Shown: positions 52,531-63,561 of the stretch, in pieces
How the letters are laid out: the number at the start of each line of letters is the position of its first letter
Position numbering within the stretch: position 1 is the first letter of the stretch
DNA from: Anaerolineales bacterium
Lineage (GTDB): Bacteria > Chloroflexota > Anaerolineae > Anaerolineales > Villigracilaceae
Length of the DNA stretch: 64,000 nt
Reading direction: 5' to 3'
NCBI GenBank assembly: GCA_034432755.1
Contig: DAOUBQ010000015.1
Location: 26,400-90,399, forward strand
Program-made: the position numbers and the translations under genes
The notes under the pieces: model-generated
What the model saw: the letters and a program-made list of their open reading frames with translations, nothing else
Told to the model about the DNA's origin: nothing
The model's database searches: none

Positions 52531-53982
52531 ATGCCAGCGTACCGATTCAAACTTGTTTCTCTTTTGCTCGTTTTGCTCACTGCCTGCGGGCCGCTTGCCG
52601 CCCAGCCTGCCGCGCTCCCTGCCGCTCCAACCGTCAGTCCCTCCGCAACGGCGCTGCTCCCGGCTGGCACGCCTGCGCCCTCGCCCACGCCTGCGGCTGA
52701 GTTCAGCGTCCGTGTCCATCCCGATGGGCCGCTTTACGTCGGCGACCTGGTCAGTTTCGAGGCACTGGCTCCGGCTGGTTTCGACCCCAAAGACAAAGTT
52801 GTCCTTCTCGAGGTGGGCGGCCAAATGCTCGGTGAGCAAGCCTTCCGTCCGTTTGGAATCGGGGGGCGCAGTCAGGCCACCTTCTTCTGGGTTTGGGATA
52901 CGGTTGGATTGGAGAGTGGGACGCACGCCCTGACTTTTACCCTGCGTCCCGATGGATTTTCCTGGACCGAAACGCTCACCCTCCTGCCTGCTACCGAAGT
53001 TCCGTACCCCGAACCGGATGCCCGCTGGGAAAGTATCACCTCAAACTGTTGCCTTATCTACTACATCACCGGCACCGACGCTCACCGCGACATCGAAACC
53101 CTGGCCGAAATGGCCGATTCTGAAGCCTTGCGCGTGGAAGCGCGCTTTAATGCCCAATTCGATGAGAAAATTCCGCTCACCTTCCTGCCGCGCGTGCTGG
53201 GTCATGGTGGCTTTGCTTCGGATGGCTTGTATGTTTCATATCTCGATGAAAACTACGCCGGGAACGCCACCCGCCAGGTGATTCATCATGAAATGGTGCA
53301 TTGGCTCGATTCTCGGCAGCCCGGCAATTTTCGACCTTCAATTTTGGTGGAGGGATTGGCCGTTTACCTGAGTAACGGCCACTTCAAAGAAGAACCCATT
53401 TTGCCGCGCGCCGCCGCCTTGATCGAACTGAACTGGTACATTCCCCTGCCCGAACTGACCGATTCATTTTATACCTCCCACCATGAAATCGGCTACCTGC
53501 AAGCCGCCGCGCTGGTGGCTTACCTGGTGGAGACCTATGGCTGGGAACGTTTCGATGACTTTTATCGCGATATTCACCCCGCCCCGGATGGAAAGCAATC
53601 TACCGCGCTCGAAACCGCTCTGCAAGCCCACTTTGGCCTGACGTTGCCTGCTCTCGAAACCGATTTTCTTGCTTTTTTACGTTCTCAAACGGTGGATAAC
53701 TCTCACCGTGCCGACCTGCGCCTGACGGTGGCCTTCTACGATACCCTGCGCCACTACCAGCAGCGCTACGACCCCTCGGCCTACTTCCTGACTGCCTGGC
53801 TGCCCGATATTCCCGAAATGCGGCGGCGCGGGATTGTGGCCGACCTGTTGCGCCGTCCGCGCGAAGCGGTCAACCTGCAAGTCGAGAGTCTCCTCATCGA
53901 AGCCGACCATTTTCTACGCGCGGGGGAGTATCCATCCGCCGAGGCGCGCTTGCGTCAGGTGATGGCATTGCTGGAGCAATAA
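52531..53982 (+). CDS. lipoprotein with an HExxH motif (putative zinc metalloprotease)
   Basis: ORF trimmed to ATG 52531. Lipobox LLTAC. VIHHEMVHWLD contains HEMVH. No family recognised. Confidence 0.7.
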   Translation: MPAYRFKLVSLLLVLLTACGPLAAQPAALPAAPTVSPSATALLPAGTPAPSPTPAAEFSVRVHPDGPLYVGDLVSFEALAPAGFDPKDKVVLLEVGGQMLGEQAFRPFGIGGRSQATFFWVWDTVGLESGTHALTFTLRPDGFSWTETLTLLPATEVPYPEPDARWESITSNCCLIYYITGTDAHRDIETLAEMADSEALRVEARFNAQFDEKIPLTFLPRVLGHGGFASDGLYVSYLDENYAGNATRQVIHHEMVHWLDSRQPGNFRPSILVEGLAVYLSNGHFKEEPILPRAAALIELNWYIPLPELTDSFYTSHHEIGYLQAAALVAYLVETYGWERFDDFYRDIHPAPDGKQSTALETALQAHFGLTLPALETDFLAFLRSQTVDNSHRADLRLTVAFYDTLRHYQQRYDPSAYFLTAWLPDIPEMRRRGIVADLLRRPREAVNLQVESLLIEADHFLRAGEYPSAEARLRQVMALLEQ

Positions 53983-54016
53983 AAAAATCCCGAAGAGCGG
54001 TTTTGTCTTCGGGATG
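53981..54016 (-). terminator. rho-independent terminator of the FHA gene 54037..54669 (may also serve the plus strand)
   Basis: ATCCCGAAGA / TCTTCGGGAT stem. T7 run on the minus strand. Confidence 0.7.
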
Positions 54017-54036
54017 AAACAAATTGGCTTAAGGTA

Positions 54037-54669
54037 TTAAGGGCAGTACCCGCCCAGAATCGGCACCAGCCAGGAGGTCAACGGCGAGCACCACAGTTGG
54101 GCAGAATCGTAAACAAACAGCCCGACCACGCAACAGCATAACAAGAGCAGGATGACCACTGCTGCAATGGTAAGCGTCCGGTTGGGGCCGCTCTTGACAG
54201 GCAGCTCGGCCATGCCCGGCTCAGGCCCGGCGGGGATATGACCCGCATAGCCGACCGACTGAACAGGCTGGGGCGCAGGGGCCGGAGCAGGCGCAGGGGC
54301 TGGCGGGCGGGCTGCTGAGGCAACGCGGGCCGAGGAAGAGAGCATGGTCGCATTCGGGTCAACCTGCGCCAGTGATTCAAACAACAGGTTAATTTGTTCA
54401 CCCAGCGAAATCACTTCGCCGGGGACCAGGACGTGTGAACCAGTGATACGTTGGCCGTTGACAAAGGTGCCATTGGTCGAACCGATATCGGTCAGGACGT
54501 ATTTGCCGCCTTGCAGGGTGAGTTGGGAATGTTTGCGCGAGACTTCGGCATCGTTGATGACAATGGTGTTCCCGGCTTCGCGCCCGATGGTAATGACATC
54601 CCCTTCGAGAGGGAAGGTCTTGCCTGGGGTTGGCCCGGCGTGCATGACAAGTTGGTATTGCGCGGCCAT
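54037..54669 (-). CDS. FHA-domain protein with a (PA)n linker and a C-terminal TM/Cys-rich tail
   Basis: FHA core ITIGREAGNTIVINDAEVSRKHSQL...STNGTFVNG, PAPAPAPAPAP, then TM IAAVVILLLLCCCVVGLFV. Confidence 0.85.
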   Translation of the reverse strand: MAAQYQLVMHAGPTPGKTFPLEGDVITIGREAGNTIVINDAEVSRKHSQLTLQGGKYVLTDIGSTNGTFVNGQRITGSHVLVPGEVISLGEQINLLFESLAQVDPNATMLSSSARVASAARPPAPAPAPAPAPQPVQSVGYAGHIPAGPEPGMAELPVKSGPNRTLTIAAVVILLLLCCCVVGLFVYDSAQLWCSPLTSWLVPILGGYCP

Positions 54670-54855
54670 TATTCCTCCTGGAAAAATAACGTTGCTGCTT
54701 CGTGATTAGTGTAATGAATTTCGCCTAAAAAGTCAAATTATTGTCGCGAGTATTTTGTAGCCAAAAAGTCCCTGCCTCAGCGGGTCTTCGCCCCAGCAAT
54801 TCTCAATTTGGCATGAACCAGCCTCGAAAACAGGTGGTCGTGCCGCCTTTAGAAG

Positions 54856-54884
54856 GTCCCGGCAGGCTGAAAGCCTGCCGGGAC
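54856..54884 (-). terminator. strong hairpin downstream of the DprE1-like gene (weak U-run)
   Basis: GTCCCGGCAGGC / GCCTGCCGGGAC with a 5-nt loop. Confidence 0.45.
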
Positions 54885-54921
54885 GATTCTATATTGAGAG
54901 AATTGCTGTCTCTGACTTGTC

Positions 54922-56340
54922 CTACAGACTTCCAAACACGCGGCGGAACAAATCGGATTCCAGCAGGTTGTGCGGGTCGGTGCGCCGCTTGAGGGCTTTG
55001 AACTGCTCTACGGTTTCCTTTCCTAAGAAGCGCAGGGCGGTTTCTGGCGTGGTTTCGCTATTTTTGGCGAAGTAGAAACGTCCGCCCGCTTCTAGCACGA
55101 TGCGGTCGAAGTCATGCAGCATGTCGCGCATTTTGGCGCGGCTGCCGTTTGTAACTTTGAAATCGAGGGCCAGCGAGAAGCCATCAACGGCGTGCGAGAG
55201 CAGGAATTTGTCGGGGCGGTGGCGCTTGGTTACGCCGAGGTAGGAGGGCATGCCGCGCTTGTGTGAAAGGGTGAGCAGTTCCGTCCAGGCCGCCTCGGCG
55301 GTTTCTTTGGGGATAAAGGACTGGTATTGAATCAGCCCGCCGCGCCCGTAGGCTTTCTCCCAGTGGGGGACGTAATCGAGTAGGAAGTGAAAAGCCGCGT
55401 GGGACTGTTTGTAATGGCCCTCGCGCAGGCTGGCGACGTATTTGGCGGTGTTCACCAGCCAGACGCCGGGGTTAATCATGAATGGTGCCATGAAAAAGTG
55501 GATGATAGACTTGGGGAAGACCCCGAACAGGGTCGCCGGAAGGGTCTGGTAACTGACCTGCATCGTTTTCTTGGGGTCGGGGTCGTCGCCCTCGTGCAGG
55601 TATTTGGCGGTGTGCAGTTGGCCGCGCCCCAGCCCGCTTCCACCGGCGGTCGAATCCAGCCAGCCGACGGTGTAATCGTTGGCCGGGGCGGTCTCGGCGA
55701 TAGCGTTCAGGTGTTCGCGCAAGTTTCGCGCCGGGAAGGCATGCACCTCAAGCAGGCCTGAATACACCTTCTTCATCTTCATTGTTATTGACGTGAAGAC
55801 GCCTAACATGCCCATGCCAGAGATGATGCTGTAGAACAAGTCGCCGTTATGGGTGGGGGAGCAGGTTACTTCGGCCCCCGTTGGCAGCAGGGCGGTGAAT
55901 TCGACCACCTGCTCGCCAATGGTGCCCATTTTGTAGTTGTTCTTGCCGTGAATGTTCATGCCCAGGCAGCCGCCCAGGGTGGTATACATTGTCCCAGAGA
56001 CGACCGGCGGCCACCAGCCATCGGGCAGGACATGCTGCCAGAGTTTTTGCAGGGTAACGCCGGGTTCGGCCTTAATCAGTCCGGTTTCCGGGTTCCACTC
56101 CAGGATGCGGTTCATATCCTGAATATCCAGCACGATGCCGCCGCCGTTGAGCGCGGCATCATTGTAGGAGCGTCCGGCCCCGCGCAGGGTGATGGTCAGG
56201 CCATTTTGTTTGGCAAACTTGAAAATTTCGTTGATTTGCTCGGCTGTGGTTGGTTTATACAAGTAGGATGCCGCCCGCAGCGAGTGTCCGAAGTTTTCCA
56301 GATAAGTGAGACGTTCATAGGGAAGGGTTAAGGTAGTCAT
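54922..56340 (-). CDS. FAD-dependent oxidoreductase, DprE1-like
   Basis: LRGAGRSYNDAALNGGGIVLDIQDMNRIL, TLGGCLGMNIHGKNNYKMGTIGEQV, GMGMLGVFTSITMKM. These resemble the DprE1 strings as I recall them. Confidence 0.88.
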   Translation of the reverse strand: MTTLTLPYERLTYLENFGHSLRAASYLYKPTTAEQINEIFKFAKQNGLTITLRGAGRSYNDAALNGGGIVLDIQDMNRILEWNPETGLIKAEPGVTLQKLWQHVLPDGWWPPVVSGTMYTTLGGCLGMNIHGKNNYKMGTIGEQVVEFTALLPTGAEVTCSPTHNGDLFYSIISGMGMLGVFTSITMKMKKVYSGLLEVHAFPARNLREHLNAIAETAPANDYTVGWLDSTAGGSGLGRGQLHTAKYLHEGDDPDPKKTMQVSYQTLPATLFGVFPKSIIHFFMAPFMINPGVWLVNTAKYVASLREGHYKQSHAAFHFLLDYVPHWEKAYGRGGLIQYQSFIPKETAEAAWTELLTLSHKRGMPSYLGVTKRHRPDKFLLSHAVDGFSLALDFKVTNGSRAKMRDMLHDFDRIVLEAGGRFYFAKNSETTPETALRFLGKETVEQFKALKRRTDPHNLLESDLFRRVFGSL

Positions 56341-56358
56341 AGGTTCTCTTTCATCATG

Positions 56359-56386
56359 CGAAATTCGATATTCGAACGCCGAATAT
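56359..56386. repeat. 7-nt palindromic array filling the SDR / DprE1-like gap
   Basis: cgaaatt cgatatt cgaacgc cgaatat. GATATTCG pairs with CGAATATC. Confidence 0.75.
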
Positions 56387-57174
56387 CAAAAACTTAATCG
56401 TCTGAAAATAAAGGATGGAATATGCCGAATGATGAGCATCAGCCATTCCCATTGCGGAGGAACGTAGGCTGTTTGTTTTCGGGCTTTTATCGCCTTCCAG
56501 ATGCCCTCAGCCGCCTGTTCGGGGCGAATGAGCCAGAAAAAGTTCTTTTTTGGTGCAGAGAGCAGCAGGTCGGTTTGGACAAATCCGGGCTTAATGGTGG
56601 TTACGGTCACGCCGCGCCGGGTTAGCCGGTTGCGCAGGGATTCGAGATAGGTGGTGAGAGCGGCTTTGGAGGTGTTATAGGCTGGGGCACCGACCCGTCC
56701 CCTATCCCCCGCGACGGAGGAGATGCCGACGATGTGTCCTGCTTGCAGATGGTAGAACATGGCTGCTACCGGATTCAGCCAGGCCAGGGCGCCGAGTGTG
56801 TTGGTTTCGAGCATGGCGCGGTCTTTCGAAAAATTGAATTCATTCGGTTTGACAGGGTGCTGGATGCCAGTGTTGTAGACGAACAGGTCCAGGCCGCCTA
56901 CATCTTGCACGATTTTTTGCAGCGTAGCCGGAACGGAATCGTAGTGGGTCACGTCGTGAGGATAGGCTAAGGCGCGTGTTTCACCGTAGGCAGCATTAAT
57001 TTCGGCGCACAGCGCTTCGAGCAGCTCAGCCCGGCGTGCTATCGCCGCGACGGTGTATCCCTGGGCAGCGAGTTTACGCGTCAGGGCGGCCCCAATCCCG
57101 CTCGAAGCGCCGACCACAATGGCGACGCGGCGGTGGCGGAGCGGCGTGGCGGCGGAGGGTTTTGTTTCGGGCAT
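56386..57174 (-). CDS. short-chain dehydrogenase/reductase, DprE2-like by context
   Basis: ORF trimmed to ATG 57172-57174. VAIVVGASSGIGAAL and YNTSKAA catalytic motif. 45 nt upstream of the DprE1-like gene. Confidence 0.88.
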   Translation of the reverse strand: MPETKPSAATPLRHRRVAIVVGASSGIGAALTRKLAAQGYTVAAIARRAELLEALCAEINAAYGETRALAYPHDVTHYDSVPATLQKIVQDVGGLDLFVYNTGIQHPVKPNEFNFSKDRAMLETNTLGALAWLNPVAAMFYHLQAGHIVGISSVAGDRGRVGAPAYNTSKAALTTYLESLRNRLTRRGVTVTTIKPGFVQTDLLLSAPKKNFFWLIRPEQAAEGIWKAIKARKQTAYVPPQWEWLMLIIRHIPSFIFRRLSF

Positions 57175-57337
57175 GATATTTCTCCAAGTCAATCAGGTTG
57201 CGAAATCGTTCACATTCTAACATATTCTCTGATGGGTTTTTCGTCGGCGGCGCATTGCGCTTTGATAAATTAGGAAATACCAGCCAGGTCGTGAATTGCG
57301 CGTTAGGGTTGTATAATTGGTGGCATGTGGAGAGAGG

Positions 57338-58582
57338 ATGAATCAGTCAAACCAGGCACTCCTGCAAATTGCCCGCGATAAACTTTCGAACGCGCGTTAT
57401 ACCCCGGAACAGCGCGAACAAACCCTGCGACTGTTGGGATTACTGTTAGAACTTGCTTCGGAAGACGAAAAAAGTGAAGAAAATGCCCGCGCCACAGCGA
57501 AACTTCTCGCCAATGTGACTCGTCATCATAACCTGTTTGCCCTCATCCAGCAGCAGGCTGCCGAGCTGGAAGCACTGAAGCGCATTAGCGTTAACCTGAC
57601 CTCCAGCCTGCAACTCCAGGCCGTTCTTGACCGAATTGCCACCGAGGCCATGCGGTTGATTAAGCATCCGAGGGGTGTTCACATTTTCCTATATGAGAAC
57701 GGCGCCTTGCGCTTTGGGGCCGCGCTGGATGCCGAAGGTAACCGCAACCAGATTTTTTCGCTGCCCCGCCCAGATGGGTTGACCTACACCGTGGCCCGCT
57801 CCAAGCAAACTATCCTGGTGGATGATATGCACGGGCATCCTCTGTTTCAGACCGCGCCTGCTTCCTGGCGGGGCGCGATTGTTGGCATCCCACTTAAGAG
57901 CGAAGAGGCGGTTGTGGGAGTGATGAACATGTCGCTCCAGCCAGGGCGGAAATTTTCTCCCTCTGAATTGCGGCTGCTTGATTTGCTGGCTTCCCAGGCG
58001 GCTGTCGCCATCATCAATGCCCGCCTGCACCAATCCATGTCGAAAGAAGCCATGAGCGATATGCTGACCGGCCTGCCCAATCGTCGCGCGCTCGATGCCC
58101 GCCTGGAGAACGAAGTCCAGCGCGCTGAGCGCTATGGGCATCAGTTTGCCGTCCTGATGATGGACCTGGACGGGTTCAAGGCCATCAACGACACTTATGG
58201 TCACGATGCAGGCGACCGGGTATTGCGTGATTTTGCCCGCTTTCTGGCTGAGGCCAAGCGCTCCAGCGATTTTTTGGCGCGCTATGGCGGCGATGAAATG
58301 ACGATGATTATGCCCGAAACTGACGGGAGTTCTGCCGCACATCTTGCCGGGTTGATTAAGCAGCGCATGGAAAAGTTCGAACCCGTCTTACCGGACGGCG
58401 CAAAACCGCATTTGGGGATTTCGGGCGGAATAGCCGTTTACCCGCACCATGCCAAAACCGCCTCAGATTTGCTGCGCGCGTCGGATGAAGCCCTGTATCG
58501 CGCCAAGCGCCATGCGCGCGGTACCTTCCTGTCAGCCCGCTCCGGAACTGGTGAATTACCTTCCCTCAAGAACATCAAATAA
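57338..58582 (+). CDS. GAF-domain diguanylate cyclase (GGDEF)
   Basis: ORF trimmed to ATG 57338 behind GGAGAGAGG. Central GAF-like domain, RYGGDEM active site, LMMDLDGFKAINDTYGH. Confidence 0.92.
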   Translation: MNQSNQALLQIARDKLSNARYTPEQREQTLRLLGLLLELASEDEKSEENARATAKLLANVTRHHNLFALIQQQAAELEALKRISVNLTSSLQLQAVLDRIATEAMRLIKHPRGVHIFLYENGALRFGAALDAEGNRNQIFSLPRPDGLTYTVARSKQTILVDDMHGHPLFQTAPASWRGAIVGIPLKSEEAVVGVMNMSLQPGRKFSPSELRLLDLLASQAAVAIINARLHQSMSKEAMSDMLTGLPNRRALDARLENEVQRAERYGHQFAVLMMDLDGFKAINDTYGHDAGDRVLRDFARFLAEAKRSSDFLARYGGDEMTMIMPETDGSSAAHLAGLIKQRMEKFEPVLPDGAKPHLGISGGIAVYPHHAKTASDLLRASDEALYRAKRHARGTFLSARSGTGELPSLKNIK

Positions 58583-58669
58583 AAATTGGTGTCAGGTTGG
58601 GCTGATTTTTGAAATCTTACCGGGGCGTTGAAAGTTGTAAAAGGGGAGTTACCAGAAAAGACGACTTTT

Positions 58670-58678
58670 TGATACAAT
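58670..58678 (+). promoter_or_regulatory. extended -10 promoter (TGaTACAAT) positioned for a leaderless ruvA transcript
   Basis: TG 58670-58671 and TACAAT 58673-58678, then exactly 6 nt (cgcgcc) before ATG 58685. No Shine-Dalgarno. Confidence 0.5.
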
Positions 58679-58684
58679 CGCGCC

Positions 58685-59281
58685 ATGATTGCAACCCTGC
58701 GTGGTGAAATTACCCAAATCGAAGATTCTGCCCTGGTCATCGAAGCTGGCGGCGTGGGCATGAGGGTCTTTGTTCCCAAGCCTCTGCTCGCCCGCTTTCA
58801 GGTGGGCGAGGGGGTGCTGATTCACACCCACCTTGTCGTCCGCGAAAACGACCTGTCACTATACGGATTCGAGACGATTGCTGACCGCCAACTCTTCCTG
58901 ACCCTGCTTGGTGTGGATGGGGTTGGCCCCAAAGTGGCGCTTTCCGTCCTTTCCACCCTCAATCTTGATACCGTGCAGCGGGCTGTTTTTAACGATGAAG
59001 CAGATTTATTGAGCCGCGTCCCCGGCGTGGGCAAGAAAACCGCCCAGAAGATGCTGTTGTATCTTAAAGACCGGCTCAAACCTGCCAACGGGCTGGAAAA
59101 AATCGCTGCTCTGTCTGATACTGATTCGGAAGTCCTGGCTGCTTTAACCGCGCTTGGTTACTCGGTCATCGAGGCCCAGTCGGCGCTGCAATCACTCCCC
59201 AAAGACGGGCCCGATGATGTGGAGGAGAAGCTTCGCCTGGCACTGAGCTATTTTCAGTCATCAGTCCGCAGTCATCAGTGA
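58685..59281 (+). CDS. ruvA: Holliday junction branch-migration complex subunit RuvA
   Basis: MIATLRGEI...VIEAGGVGMRV..., HhH motifs LLGVDGVGPKVAL and VPGVGKKTAQKM, C-terminal domain III. Confidence 0.93.
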   Translation: MIATLRGEITQIEDSALVIEAGGVGMRVFVPKPLLARFQVGEGVLIHTHLVVRENDLSLYGFETIADRQLFLTLLGVDGVGPKVALSVLSTLNLDTVQRAVFNDEADLLSRVPGVGKKTAQKMLLYLKDRLKPANGLEKIAALSDTDSEVLAALTALGYSVIEAQSALQSLPKDGPDDVEEKLRLALSYFQSSVRSHQ

Positions 59282-59282
59282 G
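59255..59282. repeat. 7-nt array forming the last codons and the stop of ruvA
   Basis: cagtcat cagtccg cagtcat cagtgag. Encodes ...SSVRSHQ*. Confidence 0.8.
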
Positions 59283-59372
59283 CGGTTTAAAGAGCGGAGG
59301 CGCGGCTTCCCCATTTTTGTAAAATCGCAAAATACAAACAGGTGGATTGGACGCCTGTTTGTGGAGGAGTAC

Positions 59373-60242
59373 ATGCTGAATAAAAAAATTGCGTTTATCG
59401 GTTCTGGGGCGATGGGTGAGGCCATGATTGCTGGGCTTATTCGCCAGGGGTTGGCGCATCCTGTCAACCTATTAACGGCGGATGTCCATTCCCAGCGGGT
59501 GGAGGACTTGCGCCAACGCTATGGAACGCGGCCTTTTACCGATAATCGTCTCGCCGTTGCGGAGGCTGACCTGGTCGTGCTTTCAGTCAAGCCGCAGCGG
59601 CTGACCGAGGTATTGAAGGCTTTGCGCGGCGCAATTGCCCCTCATGCCCTGGTGCTTTCGATTGTAGCCGGGGCAAAAATTGCTAAAATCAGCAATGGCT
59701 TGGGTCATGAAGCGGTTGTACGCTCTATGCCCAATACGCCTGCCCAAATTGGGCAAGGCATTACCGTGTGGATGCCCGCGCCAGCAGTGAGCGAAGACCA
59801 AAAGCGCATGGCGCGTAAACTGCTGGGCGCGTTGGGGCAGCAGGTTGAAGTGGACGATGAGAATTATCTCGATATGGCAACCGCGCTTTCTGGCACGGGC
59901 CCGGCCTATATCTTCCTTTTCATGGAAGCGATGATTGATGCCGGGGTCCACATGGGTTTTTCGCGCCAGGTGTCCGAACAGTTAGTGGTCGAGACGCTCA
60001 AAGGCTCGGTGGCTTATTTCGAGTCGCGCAACCAAAAAGACCAGGTGCATGTTGCCAGCCTGCGTAATCAGGTCACCTCTCCGGGTGGGACGACCGCCCA
60101 AGCTTTGTACTACCTCGAAAAAGCCGGTTTCCGCACGGCGGTCTCGCGTGCCATTTGGGCAGCCTATGAACGTTCGATTGAACTGGGCAAGGAGAAAACG
60201 GCTCACATTCCTGAAACCAATTCCAGCGGGAGCGGCGAATAA
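59373..60242 (+). CDS. proC: pyrroline-5-carboxylate reductase
   Basis: ORF trimmed to ATG 59373 behind GGAGGAG. IAFIGSGAMGEAMIAGL and VTSPGGTTAQAL signature. Confidence 0.93.
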   Translation: MLNKKIAFIGSGAMGEAMIAGLIRQGLAHPVNLLTADVHSQRVEDLRQRYGTRPFTDNRLAVAEADLVVLSVKPQRLTEVLKALRGAIAPHALVLSIVAGAKIAKISNGLGHEAVVRSMPNTPAQIGQGITVWMPAPAVSEDQKRMARKLLGALGQQVEVDDENYLDMATALSGTGPAYIFLFMEAMIDAGVHMGFSRQVSEQLVVETLKGSVAYFESRNQKDQVHVASLRNQVTSPGGTTAQALYYLEKAGFRTAVSRAIWAAYERSIELGKEKTAHIPETNSSGSGE

Positions 60243-60628
60243 TGCCGGTGAACCTGCTCCTTGTCGGTCTGGGCGGCGCGCTCGGCTCGATTGCGCGCTA
60301 CCTGGTTAGCAGTTGGGCGCAGACGGCAATGAAGAATGCCACCTTCCCTTATGGAACATTGGCCGTCAACCTGTGTGGCTGCCTGGTGATTGGATTCATG
60401 GCCCAACTGGCCGAGACGCGCGGCGTGTTCACCCATGAATCGCGCGCCCTGGTCTTTTTTGGCCTGTTGGGTGGGTTCACCACTTTTTCGACCTTTGGTA
60501 ACGAGACCTTTAATCTTGCTCGGGGCGGGGAAGGGTGGAGCGCGTTGGCAAATATCGGCGCGAATGTGGTCATCGGCCTGCTGGCGGTCTGGCTGGGTCG
60601 CAGCCTGGCGTATTTAATTTGGAAGTAA
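60242..60628 (+). CDS. crcB: fluoride ion channel CrcB/FluC
   Basis: 128 aa, 4 TM. GGALGSIARY and GLLGGFTTFSTF motifs. Start overlaps the proC stop (TAATG). Confidence 0.92.
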   Translation: MPVNLLLVGLGGALGSIARYLVSSWAQTAMKNATFPYGTLAVNLCGCLVIGFMAQLAETRGVFTHESRALVFFGLLGGFTTFSTFGNETFNLARGGEGWSALANIGANVVIGLLAVWLGRSLAYLIWK

Positions 60629-60638
60629 GGAGACTCCC

Positions 60639-60980
60639 TTGCATCTCTCTGAACAAGGCTCCCTGTTGCGCATCTTCATCGGTGAGGCCGATAAACATGC
60701 CGGGAAACCGCTTTACGAGTGGATTGTGTTGCAAGCCCGCGAACAAGGCCTGGCCGGGGCGACTGTTTTGCGCGGCGTGATGGGCTACGGGGCCAACACC
60801 CGCCAGATACAGACCTTCAAAATCGAGCGACTCTCTGAAGATTTGCCGGTCGTCGTCGAAATCGTCGATAGCGAGGAGAATCTCGAAAAATTCCTCGACA
60901 CGGTCACCCCACACATCTCCGCCGGGCTGGTGACGATGGAAAAGGCGCAAGTCAAGGTTTATCGGTTCGAGAAAAAATAA
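60639..60980 (+). CDS. DUF190-family protein (common crcB neighbour)
   Basis: LLRIFIGEADKHAGKPLYEWIVLQAREQGLAGATVLRGVMGYG pattern. TTG start. Confidence 0.85.
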   Translation: MHLSEQGSLLRIFIGEADKHAGKPLYEWIVLQAREQGLAGATVLRGVMGYGANTRQIQTFKIERLSEDLPVVVEIVDSEENLEKFLDTVTPHISAGLVTMEKAQVKVYRFEKK

Positions 60981-61148
60981 CTCTCCAGTCAGGCTGCTGC
61001 AAGCCGATCTGAGCCAGTTGAGCAATAAAACCCTAACGCCAATACCACCACTCTGAAAGCGCGCCAGGATGCCTGAAAGGCGAATAGATTCCCTGATGAC
61101 CTGGGCGGCTCGAAATGTTTCTTGCGCCTCTCTTTATCTATCCAACGA

Positions 61149-63257
<2,109 letters not shown>

Positions 63258-63370
63258 TTTTTAGAAATTCTGCATTCAAAGTTTTTGGCGCTGTCAGACC
63301 TCACGGTTCATGTTTTCTCAAACCGTCGGCTTTGGTGGTGGAATTTGCTGCCATACAAACGCCAGAAATT

Positions 63371-63440
63371 CACGGCGAAGCTCGCCAAGAACGCAAAGAC
63401 GCCCTTAAACCCTTGGCGTTCTTCGTACTCTTGGCGGTAA
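63371..63440. repeat. REP-like palindromic element, inverted copy of the 34691-34747 family
   Basis: The reverse complement taccgccaagagtacgaagaacgccaagggtttaagggcgtctttgcgttcttggcgagcttcgccgtg aligns block by block with 34691-34747. Confidence 0.6.
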
Positions 63441-63561
63441 AAAATTCAAAATGTGCGGTAGAGAATTTCAGATTTGGAATTGCTGCGTTCTTTCGAATGA
63501 TGTTGCCTTTTGTTGTATACTAATTACACAGGGTTCTTCGTCACCACAGAGGAGGAGCGTT

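Noticed and set aside
60200-60242. Fluoride riboswitch upstream of crcB
   Set aside because: The crcB start overlaps the proC stop (TAATG), so there is no leader. No crcB-motif-like structure is seen upstream of proC either.
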